A stretch of 64,000 nt of DNA, from the NCBI GenBank assembly GCA_040830765.1, contig JBFOMH010000019.1:64001-128000 (forward strand), read 5' to 3'. Below, one piece after another: positions 57,103 to 64,000 of the stretch (its first letter is position 1; each line of letters starts with the position of its first letter). The notes under the pieces are model-generated. The model ran no database searches. It was not told the origin of the DNA and was given only the letters and a program-made list of their open reading frames with translations. This DNA comes from Puniceicoccaceae bacterium. GTDB lineage: Bacteria > Verrucomicrobiota > Verrucomicrobiia > Opitutales > Oceanipulchritudinaceae. The position numbers were made by a program, and so were the translations under genes.

Positions 57103-58383
57103 TCAAGCCGGCTTGGGAAGACGCTTTTGCTTGATCAGCTGCATCACCCCGGCGGGTGACTGCCTCTGGTGATAGAGGCCGGCCATGGCCTTCATGTAGG
57201 GATCCATCTTGGTGAAGATGAACTTGTATCCCGAACAGAGGTAATGCAGTCCGGGCTCGTCGTCCGGCGTCAGGATGAACCGCTGCTTGGGGCAGCCCCC
57301 ATTGCAGGCAAAGCGGACTTCGCAGTCACGGCAGTACTGCGGCAGCGACGACTTTTTGGCCCGGCCAAAGGCCTTTTGCTGATCGCTTTCCACCAGTTCC
57401 GTCATCGACTGCCCGTTGATGTTGCCCAACTTGAATTCCGGATAAACGTAGTGATCACATGAATACAGGCTGCCGTCGTGCTCAATAGCCATAGCCCGGC
57501 CACATTCCTCCTCAAAGACGCACAGACCGCCGGGCACATTGGCCCACTTTCCCAGTGCCACGTCGAAAAGCTGGACATAGATCCTCCCGACATCGTGCTG
57601 CACCCAGCGCTTGAAGATGCTCCACATGAAGCGCCCATAGGCCTTCGGCTGGACGCTCCACTCCGTGACCGGGGCATTGAGGTTGTCATCCTCCTCGGAA
57701 AACCTGGGCGGGGTCGAATACCAGAGCCCGAGCCGCTTGGCCTCCTCATCCGGCAAGCGTTCGACAATGGGAATGAACTGCAGGTAGCGCGACCCGATCC
57801 CCTTGAGAAAGGCATAGACTTCCGGTCCTTTGTCCTGGTTGGCCCGGTTGACGCAAGTCAGCGTATTGAAATCCACCTTGTGCTTCTTGAGGAATTCGAG
57901 GCCGCGCATCACCTCGTCGAATGTGCCCCGACCTTTGCGGTCAACCCTGTAGGCATCATGCAGCTCCCGAGGCCCGTCAATACTGAGCCCGACCAGGAAT
58001 TTTTCCCGCTTGAGGAAGCTGCACCATTCGTCATCCAACAGGGTCCCGTTGGTCTGAAAGGCATTGTCGATTTGACGCCCCTGCCCGTACTGCTTCTGCC
58101 AGCGGACCACCTTTTCAAAGAAGTCGACTCCGCACAGGGTCGGTTCCCCGCCCTGCCAGGCAAAGGTAATGGGATCGGCCGGCTGGGCCTCGATGTAGCG
58201 CTTGATGTAGGCCTCGAGCGTGGCATCGTTCATCTTCCACCGCTCGCCGTCCCCGAAGAGCATCTCCTTCTCGAGATAAAAACAGTACTGGCAATCCAGA
58301 TTGCACTTCGGCCCGATCGGTTTGGTCATGATGTGGAAGGGCTGGCTGGCCCGCTGTTCCACGATGTCGACTCCCTTTGCCAT
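57103..58383 (-). CDS. Anaerobic sulfatase-maturating enzyme (radical SAM + SPASM, AslB/ChuR family)
   Basis: CNLDCQYC, WQGGEP, QTNG, SIDGP, SPASM C..EECG...CDHY...CRDC...CNGGCPK...C. Confidence 0.95.
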   Translation of the reverse strand: MAKGVDIVEQRASQPFHIMTKPIGPKCNLDCQYCFYLEKEMLFGDGERWKMNDATLEAYIKRYIEAQPADPITFAWQGGEPTLCGVDFFEKVVRWQKQYGQGRQIDNAFQTNGTLLDDEWCSFLKREKFLVGLSIDGPRELHDAYRVDRKGRGTFDEVMRGLEFLKKHKVDFNTLTCVNRANQDKGPEVYAFLKGIGSRYLQFIPIVERLPDEEAKRLGLWYSTPPRFSEEDDNLNAPVTEWSVQPKAYGRFMWSIFKRWVQHDVGRIYVQLFDVALGKWANVPGGLCVFEEECGRAMAIEHDGSLYSCDHYVYPEFKLGNINGQSMTELVESDQQKAFGRAKKSSLPQYCRDCEVRFACNGGCPKQRFILTPDDEPGLHYLCSGYKFIFTKMDPYMKAMAGLYHQRQSPAGVMQLIKQKRLPKPA

Positions 58384-58483
58384 ATGGCTGCAAATGCTGC
58401 CCATCCACTACCTGTTGACAATTATTATTTCCCTTTGACAGGGCAACCGGAGAGCTAACGCTTTTAAAATAAGCTAAATTTCC

Positions 58484-59179
58484 ATGTCCACCTTCCGCAA
58501 TATTCCGCTTGGGGAACGTCCCCAGGAACGCCTCCAGTCCAAGGGACCTACCGCCCTCTCCGATGCCGAGCTTCTGGCGGTTGTGCTGCGCAACGGGACC
58601 CGCGGCCACGACGTCATGCACCTCTCCAACGCAATCTTGCACAGCATTGGCTCCTTGCGGGGTCTCCTCCGCATGTCGGCCAGCGACCTGCAGGCCTACC
58701 CGGGTGTGGGAGAGGTCAAGGCCCTGCAACTGCAGGCGGTCATCGAGATTGCCCGGCGCATCCTTTCCAGCGGGGAAGCGGCTCCCCTCATGGATTCCCC
58801 GTCGAAGATCTACCACTGGCTGCTGCCGATGGCGGATGGCGAGCCGGTGGAGAAATTCTGGGTCCTCTCACTGAACCGCAAGAACCGGCTCCTGCGCTGC
58901 GAAGCGGTCACTTCCGGCACGGCGACGGCCAGCCTGGTCCATCCGCGGGAAGTATTTCGCGAGGCCATCCGCAACAGTGCCTCGGCACTGGTCTGTGCCC
59001 ACAACCATCCGAGCGGGGATCCCTCCCCCAGCCAGGCAGACATCCGGGCCACCCGGCAATTGCGCGAAGCGGCCAAAGTAGTCCAGCTGGACCTGCTCGA
59101 CCATGTCATCATCGGCCAGGCCGAACACGATCCCGCCGGCACCGGCTATTACTCATTCGCCGAATCCGGGCTGCTGTGA
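58484..59179 (+). CDS. radC: RadC family JAB-domain protein
   Basis: ERPQERL..G..ALSDAELLA, VHPREVF, AHNHPSGDPSPSQAD, LLDHVIIG. Confidence 0.93.
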   Translation: MSTFRNIPLGERPQERLQSKGPTALSDAELLAVVLRNGTRGHDVMHLSNAILHSIGSLRGLLRMSASDLQAYPGVGEVKALQLQAVIEIARRILSSGEAAPLMDSPSKIYHWLLPMADGEPVEKFWVLSLNRKNRLLRCEAVTSGTATASLVHPREVFREAIRNSASALVCAHNHPSGDPSPSQADIRATRQLREAAKVVQLDLLDHVIIGQAEHDPAGTGYYSFAESGLL

Positions 59180-59187
59180 ATATTTAA

Positions 59188-59649
59188 CTACGAAATACGC
59201 GAACCGATTTCACTGCAAATAGCCGTGAGTTCAACTTCGTCGACGGGGTCAAAAGCAGCAGGGTCATCGGAGTCGATGTCGAGTACGGCTCGGAGGGTTC
59301 CGGACTTGTCGAAGACCGGAAGGACAATTTCCGATTGGGTGGTGCTGGAGCAGGCGATGTGATCGGGAAAGGCATGCACATCATCCAGGCGGAGGAGCTG
59401 GCCGGTCTGCGCCACATGACCACAGACTCCCTTACCAAAAGGGATCACCAGACAACCGTGTCCGCCCTGATAGGGACCAACTTTCAACAGGCCCGGCTCC
59501 ACCACTCGATAGAAGCCAGTCCAGTGGAAGGCCTCGAAGGCCAGATGCAACTCACAGGCGACCGTTGCCAGGATGGCGATTTCATCGGTCTCCCCCTCGA
59601 GGAGCGCCCAGATCCGGGCCCGGACTTCCCTGTATCTATCTTCCTTCAT
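59188..59649 (-). CDS. GAF-domain protein (free methionine-R-sulfoxide reductase-like)
   Basis: WTGFY, VGPYQG..GC..IPFGKGVCG, DVHAFPDHIAC, SEIVLP, VLDIDS. Confidence 0.85.
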   Translation of the reverse strand: MKEDRYREVRARIWALLEGETDEIAILATVACELHLAFEAFHWTGFYRVVEPGLLKVGPYQGGHGCLVIPFGKGVCGHVAQTGQLLRLDDVHAFPDHIACSSTTQSEIVLPVFDKSGTLRAVLDIDSDDPAAFDPVDEVELTAICSEIGSRIS

Positions 59650-59728
59650 GACCAGTCAAATACGTGTGTTTCCGAGAAAACCCGAAATCCCTTGCATGGC
59701 AAGACATCGGTCTCCACGGTCCAGCATT

Positions 59729-60208
59729 ATGCAGATTACATCCAATCAAGTCGTCACGATGCATTACACCCTGACCAACCCGGCTGGCGAAGTCATCGAC
59801 TCCAGCGAAGGCAAGGCCCCATTGGCCTACCTTCATGGTCACGGAAACATCATTCCCGGGCTGGAAAAGCAGCTTGAGGGCAAGGTCGTCGGCGACAAGT
59901 TGAAGGCAGAGGTCCCGGCCGCCGAAGGCTATGGCGAACGGAATGAGGAGATGGTCGTCGAGGCCCAGCGCTCCCAGTTCCCCGAGGGTGTCAACCTTGA
60001 GGCCGGCATGCGCTTCCAGGCACAGACCCCTGCCGGTCCCCGGATCGCCGAGATCAAGAAGGTCGAGGGCGACACCGTTACCGTCGATACCAATCACCCG
60101 CTTGCCGGAGTCGACCTCACCTTCGATGTGGAAATCATGGAAATCCGTGAAGCCTCCGCCGAGGAAATCGACCACGGCCATGTCCATACCGGCGAAGGCG
60201 GCCATTGA
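59729..60208 (+). CDS. slyD: FKBP-type peptidyl-prolyl isomerase SlyD
   Basis: VVTMHYTL, YLHG..NIIPGLE, VDTNHPLAG..LTFDVE, short His tail HGHVH. Confidence 0.92.
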   Translation: MQITSNQVVTMHYTLTNPAGEVIDSSEGKAPLAYLHGHGNIIPGLEKQLEGKVVGDKLKAEVPAAEGYGERNEEMVVEAQRSQFPEGVNLEAGMRFQAQTPAGPRIAEIKKVEGDTVTVDTNHPLAGVDLTFDVEIMEIREASAEEIDHGHVHTGEGGH

Positions 60209-60215
60209 TTTCCCA

Positions 60216-60352
60216 GACGAAGGACGAAAGACTCGGGACAAAGGCCTGATGGGAAAGGCTTGATTTGAAAGACCGAATCAGCCTAATTGTTCTCTTTAGG
60301 ATACGATCCATAGGACAAGAGACATTCGTCATTAGTCCTTTGTCGTTTGTCC
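60216..60352. repeat. Two heptamer tandem arrays in inverted orientation
   Basis: GACGAAG-GACGAAA-GACTCGG-GACAAAG (60216-60243) and CATTCGT-CATTAGT-CCTTTGT-CGTTTGT-CC (60323-60352). Confidence 0.6.
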
Positions 60353-60360
60353 AATCCGCC

Positions 60361-60450
60361 GGTGGGATGTATGAGTGGCCGAAAGCGGCGGTCTTGAACA
60401 CCGTTAGGCCGGAAACGGTCTCGGGGGTTCGAATCCCTCTCCCACCGCCA
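60361..60450 (+). tRNA. tRNA-Ser (anticodon TGA), long variable arm, encoded CCA; D-stem poorly paired
   Basis: Acceptor GGTGGGA/TCCCACC, discriminator G + CCA, anticodon arm GCGGT-CTTGAAC-ACCGT, variable arm AGGCCG-gaaa-CGGTCT, T loop TTCGAAT. Confidence 0.88.
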
Positions 60451-60559
60451 CTCGACAAGCTCGTGGCAGGCCAAGCGAGAGCTTGGACTGACGCGAGCGC
60501 AGGCGAGTGCCCTGAGCGAGCGTAGCGAGTGCCCTGAGCGAGCGTAGCGAGTCGATGGG
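60448..60559 (+). repeat. Structured tRNA-trailer element with 22-bp tandem duplication
   Basis: GCGAGTGCCCTGAGCGAGCGTA twice (60503-60524, 60525-60546); imperfect inverted termini CCACTCGAC...GTCGATGG; hairpin CCAAGC-gaga-GCTTGG. Confidence 0.7.
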
Positions 60560-60573
60560 CTAAACCAACCCGA

Positions 60574-63500
60574 TCAGTCGAGGGAATTGAAATCGAGCAT
60601 ATCCTCTTCGTCCTCAATCAGGGAAGTTTCCTCAGGAATCACCGGGAACAGATTGGAAAAGCTGCCCAGGCGGGAATCCAGTTCAAACAGGGAACCGGAA
60701 TAGGAAGCCACCGGGACAGGCTCCACCATGACGACCTGGCGACTGGTGGCCTCTTCAGCATGACCGGACTCGCCAGGAAGTGCTTCTGACGTGACTCTGT
60801 ATGACAGTGCATCCACTCGGATAGAATTCGGGGCGTACAATGGCTCAGTTACTGTTGATGAATCCACAGGATTGCTCATCCCGACTGCCAAAGCCTGATC
60901 AATAAGAGGCTTTCCGCTAAAATCCGATTGATGAGTGAGGTCTGTCCCATCGGAATGCAGTTCCTCAATTGATACCGTGCTTGTGCTTGAATTTGGATCA
61001 AAGTCGTTGATCTCAAAGAACCTCGGTGGTTGAGGGCCGACTTCCCTTTGCAGCTCAGTCGACTTTAAGAGGAGAGTGACGACAGTCACTTGCAGATCAT
61101 CCACCTCCCAAGGCCCGTCGTCATTTACTGCTATGACAGAGATCGAATAATTCCCTGTCATCGAATAGGTGTGCGTAGCAGTAACTCTTGCAAGGCCATT
61201 GCTGGGTGAAAATGGTCCGGTTATCGTTTTAAGATTCCCATCACCCCAATCGATTTCCACGGACTCAACAAAATCGTCACCCTCGTCCAAGATATCGAGG
61301 AAAAGAACATATTCATCACTGAGAGAGAGAACATCTGGTCCGGTAACCTGGAGTGCAGGCGCAAAGTCCATAACAGTCACAGCAGGTCCATTGGCCATCC
61401 AAGTCCCGTCATCATCGGTCACAGAAACGGAAATCGAATAGGCATTGGGACCATCGGAATATACGTGTTCCACAACACCATTCCCAGGGAAGTCTTGAGC
61501 GGGATAGGTATCAATAACACCGTCGCCCCAATCTACCTCAATCGAAAGGATTGCATCCTCTCCCGGGTTGTTTACACCGATCTCCAAGGAGTACAGACTG
61601 CCCTCAAATACCTGGCTGATACCTAAGGCAACAATTGTCGGAGGAATATTGTCGACCTGAATAGGTAAGGGACCGGCCAAATGATACTCATGCTCTAAAG
61701 AGTCTTCATCCTTAACGGAAACATTGATTGAGTAACTGTTGAAGCCATCCTTGTAGGTGTGGAAAAAGGCGCCATCGACAGGTAATTCCGAAAAGGAATC
61801 CACAATCCCGTCGCCCCAGTCGATAATCACTTCCAGCACTTCGTCATCTCCCGGGTCCGTCACCTCGACAATCAACCGGAATGGGTCACCTTCAGAAACA
61901 TTCGGGACCCCGGACAAGCCAATAACCGGATCCAGATTGTCGACAAAGACTTTCTGCTGTGCCGTATAATTACCTTGGTCGGCTGTGATTTGTAACTCAA
62001 TTTCATAAACACCGTCATCTGGCGGGATGAAGATGGCCTCCCCGGCGTTGCTGGTCAGGAAATCGCCTGCAAGCGGATTCTCGCTTCCCACCAGCCGGAC
62101 GGACCATGCGTATTGAGGATTCGAGAGCAATGGATGACTGGCGGAAATGTTTATTGTTTCGCCCTCATCAACGGATCCGGAAAGGGGATTCCCCTGGCTA
62201 AATGCATCAATCCAAACAGCTGACTGAAGGTGGAAACCGAGTCTCCAGAGGCTTGCTCCGGATTCATTGGCTCGGTTAGCCAGGAAGTACAATTGGTTGT
62301 TGAATTGAGTTAGTGATATCGGAACTGAGCCAGACACTCCCGGATTGATGTCCGCAACCAACTCTGTTTTGGATCCATCTGTTCGCCACAGCTCATACCC
62401 ATGATCTGCATCTGCGGCGCGGAAATACAGCCAGTTCCTCGCCCCGTCAAAGAACTGTTTCAATTCAAACGGGTAAGAATTAAATGGTCCGGGATTGATA
62501 TCTGTGACCAGCATGAAACTTGATCCATCCGTGCGCCAGAGTTCCGCCCCATTTTCCGGATCGACTGCCCTGAAATATAGCCAGTTCTGTGTTCCGTCAT
62601 CAAAGTTCGTCAAATCAAAGACAAGGCCCGACGGGCCAAGATCCAAATCAGTGGCTAAAACGGGCTGTGAGCCATCAGTCCGCCAAAGTTTTGAGATTGA
62701 ATTGGAGTCCGTTACCCGGAAATACAACCAGTGGTTTTCTCCGTCCGTGAAAGGCGTCAAATTCGAAAGGCTTGCACCCTGAGGACCATCGAAAATTTCC
62801 CCGACTAGCTGCGGGGCTGACCCATCTGTACGCCAGAGCTCCCTGCCGGATTCCGGGGTTTCTGCCACAAAGTAAAGCCATTGAGATGTCTCGTCCGAAA
62901 CGGGAGTTAAGTCAGACAAATATTCATAGACACCAGATACGGGTTCTGTCGTGAATCCGTCAGTGCGCCAGAGCTCAGGTGGGCCGTTATCGATGCCCGC
63001 ACTGAAATAGAGCCAATTCTTCGAACCATCATGGAAGGCGGTAAACTCACCGTATATTGTATGACCACCTCCCTCTGTGACATCCTTGACCAGTTCCGGT
63101 TTCGAGCCATCAGTTCGCCAGAGTTCCGTACCGGTCGAAATCGTGTATCCAGAGAAGTACAGCCAATCCTTCTGGCCGTCATGGAAAAAGGTCAGGTTTA
63201 AAGGAGTCGAACTGAAATTGCCCTCCAAGAGGTCAAAAACCAACTCAGTTGTCTCACCGTCGGTCCTCCAGAGCTCGGCACCATGTGTTCCGTCTTTGGC
63301 CGTAAAATACAGCCAATCCTGGGTCCCATCATTTGAAATAGTGAAACCCATTGGATACGAGCCGCTCCTCGAAGGATCGGACTCAACAACCAATGGATTG
63401 ATTCCGGTAGTACTGCCCTCCGGAGACACGAGTTCGACAACAACCCCATTTGTACGCCATAGCTCCCGTCCGTAGAATACATCGTTCACAATATGATCCG

Positions 63501-64000
63501 CACTAAAGTACAACCAGTCGTTGAACTGGATAAAGTCTCGGGCGTAGGGGAGGTCTGAGACTTCAACAAGCGATAGGAACGCCAACCGGTTGGAATCCGG
63601 TCCGTCCAATGCTCCTGACACGATATAATTTTCCAGACCCAGTAAGGCAACCAGCGGCTTACTGTCATTTGGGATATTGCTGAAAGCAAAGGCTCCCTTA
63701 AAGTTGGTTATGGTGATCTGCTCATTCGCTTCGTATTGACCATTTCGATTGTCATCCAGATAGACCAGCAATCCTTCCCTGCCATCCTCGGTAACTTGCC
63801 TGATTCCATCGCCATTGAGGTCGTTCCAGATCGTGTCATACACGGCACTGACACCGAAACTTACCGCAAAGGTTGAGATATCCGTCCTGCCAGATAACTC
63901 CCTGTCGTAACCAATAACAGTAATACGGGCCGATCCGGTATATCCCGGTAAACTCGAAATCTGGAGTTCATCATTTTCCGTTATCCATGCCAATACTGCG
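60574..64000 (-). CDS. Large surface protein, 5'-truncated: SdrD-B-like module, ELWxxDGT propeller repeats, PKD-like repeats, acidic tail
   Basis: WNDLNGDG...VYLDDNRNG; eight (E)LWRT(D/N)G repeats; three (I/V)DWGDG modules; frame is open to the window edge. Confidence 0.88.
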   Translation of the reverse strand, partial: AVLAWITENDELQISSLPGYTGSARITVIGYDRELSGRTDISTFAVSFGVSAVYDTIWNDLNGDGIRQVTEDGREGLLVYLDDNRNGQYEANEQITITNFKGAFAFSNIPNDSKPLVALLGLENYIVSGALDGPDSNRLAFLSLVEVSDLPYARDFIQFNDWLYFSADHIVNDVFYGRELWRTNGVVVELVSPEGSTTGINPLVVESDPSRSGSYPMGFTISNDGTQDWLYFTAKDGTHGAELWRTDGETTELVFDLLEGNFSSTPLNLTFFHDGQKDWLYFSGYTISTGTELWRTDGSKPELVKDVTEGGGHTIYGEFTAFHDGSKNWLYFSAGIDNGPPELWRTDGFTTEPVSGVYEYLSDLTPVSDETSQWLYFVAETPESGRELWRTDGSAPQLVGEIFDGPQGASLSNLTPFTDGENHWLYFRVTDSNSISKLWRTDGSQPVLATDLDLGPSGLVFDLTNFDDGTQNWLYFRAVDPENGAELWRTDGSSFMLVTDINPGPFNSYPFELKQFFDGARNWLYFRAADADHGYELWRTDGSKTELVADINPGVSGSVPISLTQFNNQLYFLANRANESGASLWRLGFHLQSAVWIDAFSQGNPLSGSVDEGETINISASHPLLSNPQYAWSVRLVGSENPLAGDFLTSNAGEAIFIPPDDGVYEIELQITADQGNYTAQQKVFVDNLDPVIGLSGVPNVSEGDPFRLIVEVTDPGDDEVLEVIIDWGDGIVDSFSELPVDGAFFHTYKDGFNSYSINVSVKDEDSLEHEYHLAGPLPIQVDNIPPTIVALGISQVFEGSLYSLEIGVNNPGEDAILSIEVDWGDGVIDTYPAQDFPGNGVVEHVYSDGPNAYSISVSVTDDDGTWMANGPAVTVMDFAPALQVTGPDVLSLSDEYVLFLDILDEGDDFVESVEIDWGDGNLKTITGPFSPSNGLARVTATHTYSMTGNYSISVIAVNDDGPWEVDDLQVTVVTLLLKSTELQREVGPQPPRFFEINDFDPNSSTSTVSIEELHSDGTDLTHQSDFSGKPLIDQALAVGMSNPVDSSTVTEPLYAPNSIRVDALSYRVTSEALPGESGHAEEATSRQVVMVEPVPVASYSGSLFELDSRLGSFSNLFPVIPEETSLIEDEEDMLDFNSLD

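Noticed and set aside
58484..59179. radC as a marker of a mobile element
   Set aside because: It is the full-length chromosomal type with the N-terminal domain, sits among housekeeping genes and has no mobility genes nearby.
60361..60450. Selenocysteine or opal-suppressor tRNA
   Set aside because: The anticodon is TGA (reads UCA, Ser), not TCA, and the acceptor stem is the normal 7 bp.
60503..60552. Possible CRISPR array (22-nt repeats)
   Set aside because: The repeats are contiguous with no spacers, so this is a simple tandem duplication.
60135..60617. ORFs 60135-60617, 60265-60525 and 60283-60474
   Set aside because: They overlap the tRNA and repeat elements and are spurious.

Overview
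GC-rich bacterial chromosome segment, most likely from Verrucomicrobiota/Opitutia (inferred from the Opitutales-style TonB-dependent receptor without SusD, XylR-type and LacI regulators, a PEP-CTERM protein and many sulfatases). From left to right it contains: (i) a sugar-catabolic cluster (galactokinase-family kinase, XylR-like regulator, aldo-keto reductase, FucU mutarotase, YphC-like Zn dehydrogenase, FucP permease); (ii) a heterodimeric ABC exporter under an apparent leader-peptide attenuator; (iii) ynbA/ynbB/acyltransferase lipid genes, SET-xth and accA; (iv) a ~41 kb sulfated-glycan utilisation region (17.4-58.4 kb) with 9 sulfatase domains including a sulfatase-GH29 fusion, two GH94 phosphorylases, GH10, a clan GH-A hydrolase, MFS, TBDR, a TonB-C protein, two regulators and an anaerobic sulfatase maturase; (v) radC, a GAF protein, slyD, an atypical tRNA-Ser(TGA) with a structured repeat trailer, and a partial AT-richer ELWxxDGT/PKD surface protein. 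The most notable observations are three. First, a ~56-aa Trp/Gly-rich C-terminal domain is shared by two secreted proteins and is swapped with PEP-CTERM on a homologous passenger, making it a candidate new protein-sorting tag. Second, a bipartite 21-bp direct-repeat operator with fixed spacing to a -35-like TTG occurs at 8 promoters, defining a regulon. Third, a 21-aa uORF with antiterminator/terminator geometry lies upstream of the ABC exporter. Family assignments come from motif recognition only; no database searches were run.
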